A DNA stretch of 40,000 nt from Pseudanabaena yagii GIHE-NHR1 (lineage in GTDB: Bacteria; Cyanobacteriota; Cyanobacteriia; Pseudanabaenales; Pseudanabaenaceae), in the NCBI RefSeq assembly GCF_012863495.1, contig NZ_JAAVJL010000002.1:684271-724270 (forward strand), read 5' to 3'. Position numbers and translations under genes: made by a program. Of the stretch, positions 8,410-16,912 are shown in pieces. The notes below the pieces were generated by a model, which ran no database searches, was not told the DNA's origin, and saw nothing but the letters and a program-made list of their open reading frames with translations. Positions within the stretch are counted from its first letter, which is position 1. The number at the start of each line of letters is the position of its first letter.

Positions 8410-8745
8410 TTAATCCTCATCCCTCGCGGGAAAATATTCTTCTAATTTCCAGAGATTGCGCTTGTTCTCCATCATCCAATTACGAGATTCAGGAGTTAAC
8501 TGCTCCCACACTATATCGATGGGAATGTAGGGAGTAGAGTATTGATATTTTTTGCCCAGCATCCAGAGATTATTGATAACCCCTTTAGGAATACCAAGCA
8601 TTTTCCAATCCACATCGATGGTTTTATGTGGCAATCCTCCAGTCGGATCAAAGATTAATTGAGTGAGGCGGATTAAATCCGCAAAATGTCCCTCATTTAA
8701 TCCAGTTAAGTTCTGAATTTGAACTGCTTTATTGTTGTTTGTCAT
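8410..8745 (-). CDS. Hypothetical 111-aa protein (start moved to MTNNNK)
   Basis: The long ORF-track start at 8787 would overlap the upstream gene. The ATG at 8745 leaves a 7-nt gap. I recognise no family. Confidence 0.45.
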   Translation of the reverse strand: MTNNNKAVQIQNLTGLNEGHFADLIRLTQLIFDPTGGLPHKTIDVDWKMLGIPKGVINNLWMLGKKYQYSTPYIPIDIVWEQLTPESRNWMMENKRNLWKLEEYFPARDED

Positions 8746-8752
8746 TTGCCGA

Positions 8753-9190
8753 TTACTGACTACAATTGCCAACCAAATCTTTCCCAATAACTTTTGGGCA
8801 AGTTTCCAGATCTAAATCTTTAACAATTGGTTGAGGTTCTTTCAGTCCCATCCAAGCGTTGAGCTTAACTAAATCAAATCCGACGGTATAGCGATCGCCA
8901 ATTTGAATTAGTGGTCGGCGAATGATAATTGGGTACTTGACCATTAGCTCTAAAGCGGTTTGCTCATCGAGCTTCTCAGGTACAATTTCGCCATCTCTAA
9001 TTTGTGGAGCCGTGCGATTAAACCATTCCCATAAAGGTCGATCCTTGAGAAATTGGTATAAGGTTTCGGGACTCCAAGATTGCGTCAATAGGTTTCGCGC
9101 TTTGACAGCATAACCAGCAGCATGGAGAATTTCCTTCTGCTTGGTATTGTTGACGCAATTAGGTTTCTCATAAAAAATGATCGTTGCCAT
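8753..9190 (-). CDS. ArsC/Spx-family thioredoxin-fold protein (nitrogenase-associated type)
   Basis: From MATIIFYEKPNCVNNTKQKEILHAAGYAV...IIIRRPLI the pattern is the ArsC/Spx glutaredoxin-like fold. A nitrogenase-associated subfamily of this fold is known from nif clusters. I moved the start to the ATG at 9190. Confidence 0.6.
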   Translation of the reverse strand: MATIIFYEKPNCVNNTKQKEILHAAGYAVKARNLLTQSWSPETLYQFLKDRPLWEWFNRTAPQIRDGEIVPEKLDEQTALELMVKYPIIIRRPLIQIGDRYTVGFDLVKLNAWMGLKEPQPIVKDLDLETCPKVIGKDLVGNCSQ

Positions 9191-9248
9191 AGTTTTTAAT
9201 GGTTTGCTTATACACAAGTCCCAACTATGGTGTACAGATAAGTCTCAA

Positions 9249-9333
9249 AACCCCCTTTAATTCCCCCTTACAAAGGGGGAAAACAAGAAATTTTGTTCCC
9301 TCTTCTTTGCAAGGGGAGGGTTAGGGAGGGGTT
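9249..9333. repeat. 85-bp MITE-like double G/C-hairpin element, copy A
   Basis: AACCCCCTTTAATTCCCCCTTACAAAGGGGG...CCCTCTTCTTTGCAAGGGGAGGGTTAGGGAGGGGTT. It is near-identical to the reverse complement of 27485-27569 and has imperfect terminal inverted repeats. Confidence 0.75.
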
Positions 9334-9352
9334 TCAAAGCATTGAGTTACAC

Positions 9353-9973
9353 TTAGAAGGGTTTTGCAGTGTGTTTTGTTGTGTCAAAAATGAACCGCGA
9401 TCGCGGTAGCGTATCACCATAAATGGTGAAACTAAAAGCGGGGTCATTGCCGATGGCGGTGACTTGGTGAATCGCATGGGGCGTAAAACTAATGATTTCT
9501 CCCGCCTTGAGAATCTTCTCGCCCACTTTCTCGATTTTGTTAGGAAACTGCGGATCTTCAACGCGCTTCCAGAAAGTATGTTTTTCCTCTCCCTTGAGAA
9601 CTGCCACCACTCCCCATGTACCATGATTGTGGACATTCGAGGAGACATTGGGCGCAAAGGTTGCCGTCTGTACGGTGAGCGGATAACCGATCTCATTGTA
9701 TAGAGTCCGCGTTGCCATCCCAGTTTTTGGAGAAGGTTCTAGATATTGAGTGTGCAACCAATAGGAGTTGATCACTAACTGCCTAACGCGCCTCCGAATT
9801 TGCGGTAAATAATTCCACTCGTCTTCCTCATTGGAAATGTTCCGCAGCAAATTGATAATCTCGGTTAGGAACTCATGAAAATAATATTTGTCCCTAATTA
9901 GATCCCACTCCCTAGAGGCAGGACGAGATTCGCAATGTCCGTCATCGGTGACAATCCAATCTTTGCTATTCAT
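9353..9973 (-). CDS. Cupin-fold protein, cysteine-dioxygenase-type-I-like (start uncertain: 9973, 9997 or 10036)
   Basis: The metal-site-like block SSNVHNHGTWGVVAVLKGEE...ISFTPHAIHQV is typical of the cupin/CDO family. The ORF-track start at 10036 lies inside the fdxB terminator palindrome, so I prefer a downstream Met. Confidence 0.5.
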   Translation of the reverse strand: MNSKDWIVTDDGHCESRPASREWDLIRDKYYFHEFLTEIINLLRNISNEEDEWNYLPQIRRRVRQLVINSYWLHTQYLEPSPKTGMATRTLYNEIGYPLTVQTATFAPNVSSNVHNHGTWGVVAVLKGEEKHTFWKRVEDPQFPNKIEKVGEKILKAGEIISFTPHAIHQVTAIGNDPAFSFTIYGDTLPRSRFIFDTTKHTAKPF

Positions 9974-10030
9974 GCGGTGGAAAGAAAGACTAATCATAAT
10001 CGAGCATGATAATTGAGGATGGTTTTGGGC

Positions 10031-10056
10031 AGACAAGGGGCTTAAGCCCCTTGTCT
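10031..10056. terminator. Perfect palindrome AGACAAGGGGCTTAAGCCCCTTGTCT after fdxB
   Basis: 11-bp stem with a 4-nt loop, 5 nt downstream of the fdxB stop codon. Confidence 0.55.
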
Positions 10057-10060
10057 GTTA

Positions 10061-10360
10061 TTAGGCGATCGCTAAATCTAAGGTTTGGTGGGTGTAGCAG
10101 TTCTTAGGACAAACTCGCGAACAAGCTTCACAGCCAATGCAGTTATTAGCATTAGCGATCGTCATTACTTTCTTCTCGATTTCATCTTCATCATCATCCA
10201 CAAATTCGCCTTCATCATTCATGCCCCTAAGTCCTAGCACTCCGCGTCCACAGACTTTGAAGCATCGAGCGCAGCCAATACATTTATGTTGGTCGATCGC
10301 TTGTACAAATTTGGGTAGCCATTCTTTGCCGCCAAAGGTCAAACCAGTTAGAGTTGCCAT
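10061..10360 (-). CDS. fdxB: Nif-specific 2[4Fe-4S] ferredoxin III FdxB
   Basis: 99 aa: [29 protein letters not shown], then an acidic insert, then [16 protein letters not shown]. There are two CxxCxxCxxxC(P) motifs, and the gene sits after fdxH. Confidence 0.8.
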   Translation of the reverse strand: MATLTGLTFGGKEWLPKFVQAIDQHKCIGCARCFKVCGRGVLGLRGMNDEGEFVDDDEDEIEKKVMTIANANNCIGCEACSRVCPKNCYTHQTLDLAIA

Positions 10361-10380
10361 GATTAAAGTTTCTCCTAAAT

Positions 10381-10680
10381 CTAAACAAGATAGGGTTCTT
10401 GATGGGTGCGAATCGTACAGTCAGAACGTGGATAAGAGACGCAAAGAAGGGCAAATCCTTTCTCGATCTGTTCGTCATCTAGAAAGTTCTGATCTTCCTG
10501 ATTGACAGTGCCTTCTTCTAATTTGCCGACACAACTGGAACAAGATCCTGCATTACAAGAAGATGGAAGCTCTATTCCTGCATCCTCTGCGGCTTGCAAA
10601 ATAGTTGTATCTTCATCTACGGGAATTGTGACATCGATCTGTTTCTTCTTGTTGTACAGTCGCACATTGTATGTAGCCAT
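10381..10680 (-). CDS. fdxH: Plant-type [2Fe-2S] ferredoxin, nif-associated (FdxH type)
   Basis: 99 aa: MATYNVRL...[22 protein letters not shown]...[18 protein letters not shown]. The ligands follow CxxxxCxxC...C, and the gene is downstream of hesB. Confidence 0.85.
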   Translation of the reverse strand: MATYNVRLYNKKKQIDVTIPVDEDTTILQAAEDAGIELPSSCNAGSCSSCVGKLEEGTVNQEDQNFLDDEQIEKGFALLCVSYPRSDCTIRTHQEPYLV

Positions 10681-10708
10681 ATTTAAAACCTCCGAGTATT
10701 AATTTACG

Positions 10709-10743
10709 GAAATTGTGGTTGGGCTTTGCCCAACCACAATTTC
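10709..10743. other. 16-bp perfect intercistronic stem-loop between hesB and fdxH
   Basis: GAAATTGTGGTTGGGC, loop TTT, GCCCAACCACAATTTC. Confidence 0.7.
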
Positions 10744-10748
10744 ATTAG

Positions 10749-11114
10749 TTAGCTGCAAGGCACAGCCGCAGGGGTACAGTCGCCAGCTTGGAAGGATTGA
10801 CCACAGCCGCAGGAACCTGTCGCATTGGGGTTCTCAAACTTGAAGCCACTCTCTAGCAAGCCGTCAACATAATCGACCACCACACCATTGAGTAAGGGAG
10901 CGCTTTGAGGATCAACGTAGACGCGCACCTTCCCGATCTGCTCCACGATATCGTCAGGCTTTTGGGTATTGGTGATGTCGAGGGTGTATTGATAGCCGCT
11001 ACAGCCGCCATCCTTCACACCGAGACGGATGCCTTTTTCGGTAGTGCGATCAGCGGAACCTTTGAGGAAAGCACGTAAGCGTAATTCAGCCTTTTCAGTA
11101 AGAATAATAGACAT
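10749..11114 (-). CDS. hesB: HesB/IscA-family Fe-S cluster assembly protein
   Basis: 121 aa: GIRLGVKDGGCSGYQY...NPNATGSCGCGQSF, which is the IscA/HesB signature. Confidence 0.85.
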   Translation of the reverse strand: MSIILTEKAELRLRAFLKGSADRTTEKGIRLGVKDGGCSGYQYTLDITNTQKPDDIVEQIGKVRVYVDPQSAPLLNGVVVDYVDGLLESGFKFENPNATGSCGCGQSFQAGDCTPAAVPCS

Positions 11115-11151
11115 CGAAATCTCCTTAAGATATTTAATACAATTGGCTCAA

Positions 11152-12012
11152 TCAATGATTTAGAGGAGCAGTCTGCACCAGCATTTTGGCGAAAGATGGA
11201 ACGCGCTGGCTAGTTACTTTCTTTTTAGTTAAGGTGGGAACTGGGGATAACTGCTGCTGATTGCCACCACAGACGGGACAGTTAGGATCGTGAAACGTAT
11301 GACGCTTCGCAAATTCCAATCTCCCTAAATCCATCGTGAGAAGTTGTGAAAGTAATGGCGATGCAAAACCTGTCAGAAATTTAATTGCTTCTAAAGCAGT
11401 CAAACAGGCTAAAGTTCCTGATACTGCACCAAGAACTCCAAAACCTCGGCGATCCCAATTAGGCTTTTCGGGAAATAGACAGGAGAGGCATCCTGTTTCA
11501 TGGGGAACAATGGTGGTGAGATAAGCTTCCATATCACTCATCGCTGCTTCTACCATTGGCTTTTGCCAGCGCACACAAGCGGCATTAAGCAGATCGCGTT
11601 CATTAAAGTTATGGGCGCAGTCGAGAGCAATATCACAGGATTGAACTAGCTCATCAACATTTTCCGCTGTCACATAATCATAGACAGCTTCTATTTCCAC
11701 ATCGGGATTGATACTCAGCAGGGTTTCTTGCGCCTTGAAAACACGAGGATTGCCAACCCAATCATCGGTCATCAGGACTTGGCGATTCATGTCGTCAAGT
11801 CGCAAGCCACCACCACGTACTAGAATCAATTTACCAATACCAGCAACAGCAAGATAGAGGGCAGCCGTACCACCTAAACCACCTACACCTGTTACTAGGA
11901 CGGTTGCCGACTTGAGCTTTCTTTGAGCTTCTTCACCAAAATTAGGCAACATCATTTGACGGCTATAGCGTTCTAACTCTGTTGCAGATAGTCGAGGATT
12001 AGAAAAAGGCAT
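11152..12012 (-). CDS. hesA: HesA (MoeB/ThiF-family adenylyltransferase)
   Basis: 286 aa: ERYSRQMMLPNFGEEAQRKLKSATVLVTGVGGLGGTAALYLAVAGIG, plus CxxC pairs (CLSC, CPVC). Confidence 0.85.
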   Translation of the reverse strand: MPFSNPRLSATELERYSRQMMLPNFGEEAQRKLKSATVLVTGVGGLGGTAALYLAVAGIGKLILVRGGGLRLDDMNRQVLMTDDWVGNPRVFKAQETLLSINPDVEIEAVYDYVTAENVDELVQSCDIALDCAHNFNERDLLNAACVRWQKPMVEAAMSDMEAYLTTIVPHETGCLSCLFPEKPNWDRRGFGVLGAVSGTLACLTALEAIKFLTGFASPLLSQLLTMDLGRLEFAKRHTFHDPNCPVCGGNQQQLSPVPTLTKKKVTSQRVPSFAKMLVQTAPLNH

Positions 12013-12348
12013 CTATTCATCCTCCTCATCGATGTCGCTACCGATATCGCTTAGCATGACGATATTTGATGGCTTTTGATGGAAGACTTTAAACAACTTC
12101 TGCTCGATCGCATTGGAGGTTTGCAAGGTGGCATAGGAAGCCTCTAGAGCTTCTCGATAGAAATTTAGCTTCTGCTCTTCGTCAGATTCTGCAAATTTAT
12201 TGTCGATTTCTTCTAGAGACTGCGAGAATTTTTTGAGAATGTGCAAGCGATTGATGTTGACAACTTGGGGATCGTAGGCAAGATCAAAAAACTCGAAATA
12301 TTGTTCCGCATCGGTCAATTTCCGAAACTCGCTAAGTTTACCAACCAT
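12013..12348 (-). CDS. nifW: Nitrogenase-stabilizing/protective protein NifW
   Basis: 111 aa: AEQYFEFFDLAYDPQVVNINRLHILKKF. The stop abuts the hesA start. Confidence 0.8.
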   Translation of the reverse strand: MVGKLSEFRKLTDAEQYFEFFDLAYDPQVVNINRLHILKKFSQSLEEIDNKFAESDEEQKLNFYREALEASYATLQTSNAIEQKLFKVFHQKPSNIVMLSDIGSDIDEEDE

Positions 12349-12380
12349 ATCAGTTGCTCCTCTCCTGTTTAAGGCTTAAT

Positions 12381-12617
12381 TCAATGATTAATCTGTTCGA
12401 GAATGATTAATTGTTTCTTCAGCTCATCAATTTGATGAAAGATGTCATAGGTTTTGGCTGCTACGTCCATTAGTTGTTCGTAGTCGGTGGGTAACCCTTC
12501 TGCGAGATCATGCAGATCCATTTTCATTTGACCTGCCTTGCTGTTCAGCCGCTTGATTTTAGTTTTGAGGTCGTCAATACTAAGTCCTGCGATCGCTGTA
12601 TCTGTCACTTGCACCAT
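12381..12617 (-). CDS. DUF683 / CCE_0567-family nif-cluster protein
   Basis: 78 aa with KMDLHDLAEGLPTDYEQLMDVAAKTYD, located between DUF269 and nifW as in other cyanobacterial nif clusters. Confidence 0.7.
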   Translation of the reverse strand: MVQVTDTAIAGLSIDDLKTKIKRLNSKAGQMKMDLHDLAEGLPTDYEQLMDVAAKTYDIFHQIDELKKQLIILEQINH

Positions 12618-12659
12618 AATCTTTTCTCGGTTATTAGTTCAGACTTGCTTAAGATGGAT

Positions 12660-13160
12660 TTAGGCTTTGGCAACTTCAGGGAAGTTGATAGCGTATTCCA
12701 CACCCTTTTGGGCAAGTTTTTCGCCTTCTTCGCCTAACTTCTCTAGTGAGTCGAAGCCAAAGCGTTGAGCATCACGCAAGGTGCGAGTTGTCAACAGTAA
12801 GCGACCAGAGAAAATCAAAGCCCAACCAAATCCTTCATGACTGAGATCGACAACTACTTGGCATAGAAGACCCGATTGTTGCTCGATGCGAAGAGCGATC
12901 GCACGGTAGAAGGCAAAAATTCTGCCTTTGGTAATGGGATCAACATCACCTTCTACGGAGATTTTACGCTTTTGTTGTTTGGTAAGAATAAAGGGCTTGA
13001 GCAGCAATTCATCCGACCAATTGCGATAGGTTCCATAGCCATCGTTAACGCGGATTTGCTGAACTATGGCTTGTAAGAATGGACTTTGTTTAATTACTTC
13101 TGCACCATTTACAGGGGTAGCAGTTTCTGTGGTGGAAGATAATGTAACTGTTGCGGTCAT
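12660..13160 (-). CDS. NifX-associated nitrogen fixation protein (DUF269)
   Basis: 166 aa with SPFLQAIVQQIRVNDGYGTYRNWSDELLL...HEGFGWALIFSGRLLL. It lies immediately downstream of nifX. Confidence 0.75.
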   Translation of the reverse strand: MTATVTLSSTTETATPVNGAEVIKQSPFLQAIVQQIRVNDGYGTYRNWSDELLLKPFILTKQQKRKISVEGDVDPITKGRIFAFYRAIALRIEQQSGLLCQVVVDLSHEGFGWALIFSGRLLLTTRTLRDAQRFGFDSLEKLGEEGEKLAQKGVEYAINFPEVAKA

Positions 13161-13242
13161 AGAGTTCTCCTTGTTTGGTTTGTTGGCAAATCTGAATTTG
13201 AGAAGTTGTTAGATCTAAATGTTTGACTATGCTTTGAGGTTT

Positions 13243-13336
13243 AGATCCCCCCAGCCCCCCTTGTAAAGGGGGGAGAATTAAGAATTAATCTAACTCTTTT
13301 CCCCCTTTCATAAGGGGGTGGGGGTAGGGGGGATCT
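13243..13336. repeat. MITE-like double G/C-hairpin element, variant copy B
   Basis: The terminal inverted repeats are AGATCCCCCCAGCCCCCC and GGGGTAGGGGGGATCT. Internal hairpins are CCCCCCTTGTAAAGGGGGG and CCCCCTTTCATAAGGGGG. The element ends 3 nt from the nifX stop codon. Confidence 0.7.
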
Positions 13337-13338
13337 CT

Positions 13339-13740
13339 TTAACCAGTCTCTAGATCGTCAAAATCATGAGATGGGGGTTGCAGTGCTTTCCTCAACCAAG
13401 GTGGAGGATTGCCTTGCAGAGTTAGTACCAATTTACTTAGTACCTCCGCGATTTCTTCCTCTTCTGACTTCGCTTTGATGGGAGTAATCCGCTTGCGAAT
13501 CAGACGAGCAGCGGCGCTACCACCGATCGCGGAAACATAGACGATGGTGCAACCAACTAATGCTTCGATTTTGGGAACCAGCTTGTCTTCGTTGCCATCT
13601 TCCTTTAACTCACCTTTAAAACTGAGCGTATCCACAAATTGATATCCTTCCGTCGTGACCTCATAGACATCAATCTCTTTTGCCCAGCCAAAGTGGGCAT
13701 TAATGTGAATGCGATCGCTTGTCGTAAATGCAACCTTCAT
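13339..13740 (-). CDS. nifX: FeMo-cofactor carrier NifX
   Basis: 133 aa: MKVAFTTSDRIHINAHFGWAKEIDVYEV...VYVSAIGGSAAARLI. Confidence 0.85.
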   Translation of the reverse strand: MKVAFTTSDRIHINAHFGWAKEIDVYEVTTEGYQFVDTLSFKGELKEDGNEDKLVPKIEALVGCTIVYVSAIGGSAAARLIRKRITPIKAKSEEEEIAEVLSKLVLTLQGNPPPWLRKALQPPSHDFDDLETG

Positions 13741-13763
13741 GAAGATTCTCCTAATTAACCCAA

Positions 13764-13802
13764 TTTTTTACTTTTGCCTTTTTACTTTTTACTTTTTACT
13801 TC
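13764..13802. repeat. Heptamer tandem array (sense GTAAAAA x3, GGCAAAA, GTAAAAA) at the nifEN stop
   Basis: The + strand reads TTTTTTACTTTTGCCTTTTTACTTTTTACTTTTTACTTC. The array overlaps the nifEN stop codon. Confidence 0.8.
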
Positions 13803-16513
13803 TCTTCAGCTTCTAGCCAAATATTGCCAAGCTCAAAAAGTAGTTCCATCGTGCCGCGATAACCGACGATGCTGCGATGTCCATTACCCAGACGGTCTAG
13901 AATGGGGAAGCCTAAACGATAGAGCGGAATTCCTAACTTTTTAGCAACTCTCTTCCCGTTGGAGTTAGTTGCCATGAGATCGGAACCTGCGGCAAGGTGC
14001 TCAAAATCTTCAAGATCGCCAATCGTCACTTCCGCTATCGGTAACTTTTCTAATAAAGGTGATCGCGTGGTGGTGACGGCAGCTTGCAGTTCTACGCCCA
14101 TTTCTGTCAGCCACCAAGCGACGCTGTACAGCAGATCGGGTTCTAGGGCTAGAGAAACGCGCTTGCGACCGAAATAGAAGTGTGTATCTAAAATCGCATC
14201 TTGGAGTTGCTGTCTTTGATAGCGGTACTTCTCAGGTACGGCAACTCCACTCAATTGATAGAGTTGTTGCAATAGCAAGTCCGTTGCACCTAGCCCCGTG
14301 AGGCGATCGAATACTTGATAATCAGTACCAAAGCGCTCTTGCAGAATTGTCGCCGCAGTTCGCATACTTTCACCCAAGGCAAGGGTAAACACAGAACTAC
14401 CGACACTTTGAATTTGCTCTAGGGTAGTTCCGCCTGTAGTGACGGGACTATAACTCTCGCTCAAATGTCCATCCATCGAACTCGAAAGATCGGGAATGAA
14501 AATTGGCGATAGTCCAAAGGAATTGATAATCTCCTTAATCTCTTGGATATCCCCAGGGGCGAGAGCCGAACTTGCTAAGACCGTTAACTGTTGGGAATTT
14601 TTGATGCCTTCTTGGGGTAGCGATCGCACAATGCTTTCAATTACTGCTGCATAGCCATCCTGTAACGCGCCTCGAAAATCGGGAGTTGACGCAAATGGGA
14701 TTGCCAGTTTGTCAAGTTCAGGATGTTTTTGACGGAAGGTGCGGAGAATGCCTTCCATATCATCACCGCGAGTTTCCGTTAATCCTGTGGTGCAGAGTCC
14801 GATAATTTCGGGCTGAGCCTTTTCCACTAGAGTTAAAATCGCCTGTGCAATATTGTCTTCACCACCGAGAATCGTGGTAACTTCCGTCATCGCTGTGGTA
14901 GCTAGAGGAATTGCTTCGCGGAAATGGCGGACGAGTTGCACCTTGGCAAAAGCGGTACAGCCTTGGGAGCCGTGCATTAATGGCATCGCACCCTTTAGCC
15001 CCAGAAAAGCAAGGGATGCACCGAGAGGCTGACTCTGCTTGAGGGCATTGACAGCGACTGCTTTTTTCGGTGTGATGATATCGGTTTTAACTTGCTCAGC
15101 GTGACTTTCAATTAATAGAGACTTGTTAAACGCAAGGGGATCTTCCCAAGGTGCGGGTTGGCGAACCTGCTCCCAAATTGGACTATAGAGAGCTTCTTCT
15201 AATTCTCTAGCAATCTCAATCATGCCTACATAGCCAGCATAGGGATGATGACGCTCTTGGTTAATGTCGAGAAAGGGAATACGTGCTTTGAGGGCAGTGT
15301 ATTGGTTGCGCCCACCTGCGATTAACATATCGGCTTGGGTTTTGGCAATGGTTTTGAGTAATTCTTGGGCGTTCCCTTTCTCCATCATGATTCCATCTTT
15401 GCTCAGCAAGGCGCGAATCTTTGCCTTGTCTTCTTCAGTACTCTTCTTGGTGCTAGTAGCAACCACTTCCATACCCAAATCTTTCGCGGCGGAAATGATT
15501 GACCAGCTTTTGACACCACCTGTGTAGAGAACGACTTTTTTACCCTTAAGGCGATCGCGGTATGGCGCAAGTTCGCGATCGAGGTTTGCTGATTCCTCTG
15601 CGATCAGCTTTTCGACTCGATCCTGTAAGTCGCGATCGCCTAATTTTGCGGCAATATTGCGTAGACATTGATTCATGTCGGCAATCCCATAAAAAGATTC
15701 TTCGGTGTAGGGAATGCCATAGCGCTCTTCCATCTTGCGAGCGACATTGATTAATGCTTTGGAACAGATGAGAACATTCAGTTTTGCTCGGTGAGCATAA
15801 CAAACTTCTTTATAGGTGGCATCGCCTGTAATTTTCGACAATACGCGAATGCCCAATTTCTCAAATAAGGGCAGCACACTCCATAACTCACCTGCGATAT
15901 TGTATTCACCAATCAGATTGATATCGTAGGGAGTGGTATATTCGGGTTCCGTCGTGCCAATCACATATTCCAATAAAGCTTCGCCGCCCATGCGATTTCC
16001 TAAATTCTTGGTTCCAGCGAACCCGGGAGAATTAATCGGAACGATGGGAATACCTGTTCGTTCGGCGGCTTTTTGACAAACTGCTTCGAGATCGTCACCA
16101 ATCAGGGCAGTCACACAGGTGTTATACACAAACACCGCCGCAGGTTGATAACGTTGTTGAACTTCTAAAATTGCCTTGTAGAGCTTTTTCTCACCACCGA
16201 AGATAATATCGTTTTCGCTGAGGTCGGTGGTAAAGCCCATTTTATACATGGTCGAACCTGACGACAGGCTACCTCTTGCACCCCAAGAATTGCCACCACA
16301 GGCGATCGGGGCATGGACAAGATGGGCGACATCGGTAATAGGGACGAGAGCGATCGATGCACCATCAAAGGCACAGCCACCTTGCGCGGCTCCTGGTTGG
16401 GCTTGTTGTGAGCAAGCTTTATTCTTTTTCTGCCCATCTTTGTGATGATGATGATTATGCTCACAGGCAGTCTCGGACAGGAGTTCGTTGATTTTTCCTT
16501 GTGTGAGTTTCAT
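13796..16513 (-). CDS. nifEN: Fused NifE-NifN FeMo-cofactor biosynthesis scaffold (single 905-aa polypeptide)
   Basis: Residues 1-456 are NifE-like ([34 protein letters not shown]...[16 protein letters not shown]). Residues ~484-905 are NifN-like ([42 protein letters not shown]...). The two are joined by [25 protein letters not shown] (nt ~15065-15145) with no stop codon. Confidence 0.85.
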   Translation of the reverse strand: MKLTQGKINELLSETACEHNHHHHKDGQKKNKACSQQAQPGAAQGGCAFDGASIALVPITDVAHLVHAPIACGGNSWGARGSLSSGSTMYKMGFTTDLSENDIIFGGEKKLYKAILEVQQRYQPAAVFVYNTCVTALIGDDLEAVCQKAAERTGIPIVPINSPGFAGTKNLGNRMGGEALLEYVIGTTEPEYTTPYDINLIGEYNIAGELWSVLPLFEKLGIRVLSKITGDATYKEVCYAHRAKLNVLICSKALINVARKMEERYGIPYTEESFYGIADMNQCLRNIAAKLGDRDLQDRVEKLIAEESANLDRELAPYRDRLKGKKVVLYTGGVKSWSIISAAKDLGMEVVATSTKKSTEEDKAKIRALLSKDGIMMEKGNAQELLKTIAKTQADMLIAGGRNQYTALKARIPFLDINQERHHPYAGYVGMIEIARELEEALYSPIWEQVRQPAPWEDPLAFNKSLLIESHAEQVKTDIITPKKAVAVNALKQSQPLGASLAFLGLKGAMPLMHGSQGCTAFAKVQLVRHFREAIPLATTAMTEVTTILGGEDNIAQAILTLVEKAQPEIIGLCTTGLTETRGDDMEGILRTFRQKHPELDKLAIPFASTPDFRGALQDGYAAVIESIVRSLPQEGIKNSQQLTVLASSALAPGDIQEIKEIINSFGLSPIFIPDLSSSMDGHLSESYSPVTTGGTTLEQIQSVGSSVFTLALGESMRTAATILQERFGTDYQVFDRLTGLGATDLLLQQLYQLSGVAVPEKYRYQRQQLQDAILDTHFYFGRKRVSLALEPDLLYSVAWWLTEMGVELQAAVTTTRSPLLEKLPIAEVTIGDLEDFEHLAAGSDLMATNSNGKRVAKKLGIPLYRLGFPILDRLGNGHRSIVGYRGTMELLFELGNIWLEAEEK

Positions 16514-16528
16514 GGCACAAATGGGGTA

Positions 16529-16560
16529 GAAGTAAAAAGGAAAAGGGAAAAAGGCAAAAA
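16529..16560. repeat. Heptamer array (GTAAAAA GGAAAAG GGAAAAA GGCAAAA on the + strand) just upstream of the nifEN start
   Basis: Read directly. On the nifEN sense strand it is a pyrimidine-rich tract ending 15 nt before the ATG. Confidence 0.8.
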
Positions 16561-16574
16561 TTCAGAGATACTTT

Positions 16575-16877
16575 TTAGCTGGGGAGTTCGGAGAGGTAAA
16601 TTAGGGCGCGGAAGCGGAGGTTTACTAGCTCTTCAAACAGGGGATTGATCTTGCAGAGGGGAGGAATATGGTAGGTATAGCCAAAGGCTTTGACATCGCG
16701 TTCAAAGGGGCAACTGGCAGGAATTAGATGGCAGATGGTTTCGGCGAATTGGCGATCGCGAATTTCGATGCGATCGAGCCATTGGCGCAGAGGTAAGAAA
16801 ATATCGATCGCAAAGGATTTTTTGGGTTTACTTTGCTGCGTAAGAGTGGAGAGAAATCTGTGGGTAGTGGCGGTCAT
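16575..16877 (-). CDS. Mo-dependent nitrogenase C-terminal domain family protein (Mo-nitro_C)
   Basis: 100 aa: LRQWLDRIEIRDRQFAETICHLIPASCPFERDV...HIPPLCKINPLFEELVNLRFRAL. This matches my recollection of the family's conserved core. Confidence 0.6.
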   Translation of the reverse strand: MTATTHRFLSTLTQQSKPKKSFAIDIFLPLRQWLDRIEIRDRQFAETICHLIPASCPFERDVKAFGYTYHIPPLCKINPLFEELVNLRFRALIYLSELPS

Positions 16878-16912
16878 GGTTGTATCAACTCTGTGAATAA
16901 TTCTGTGAATAA

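Noticed and set aside
9974-10036. Long N-terminal extension of the cupin ORF
   Set aside because: The 10036 start codon lies within the fdxB terminator palindrome (10031-10056). The extension (MSAQNHPQLSCSIMISLSFHR) does not look like part of a cupin, so I prefer a downstream Met. The choice remains uncertain.
10137-10505. 122-aa + strand ORF with a poly-Ser run, plus the minus ORF 10284..10478
   Set aside because: Both overlap fdxB/fdxH. The SSSSSS run is simply the antisense of the acidic DDDEDE insert of FdxB.
16435-16460. HNHHHH run near the NifEN N-terminus, which looks like an engineered His-tag
   Set aside because: It is embedded between native Cys-containing sequence ([18 protein letters not shown]), with no vector or linker sequence around it. 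I treat it as a natural metal-binding-like extension.
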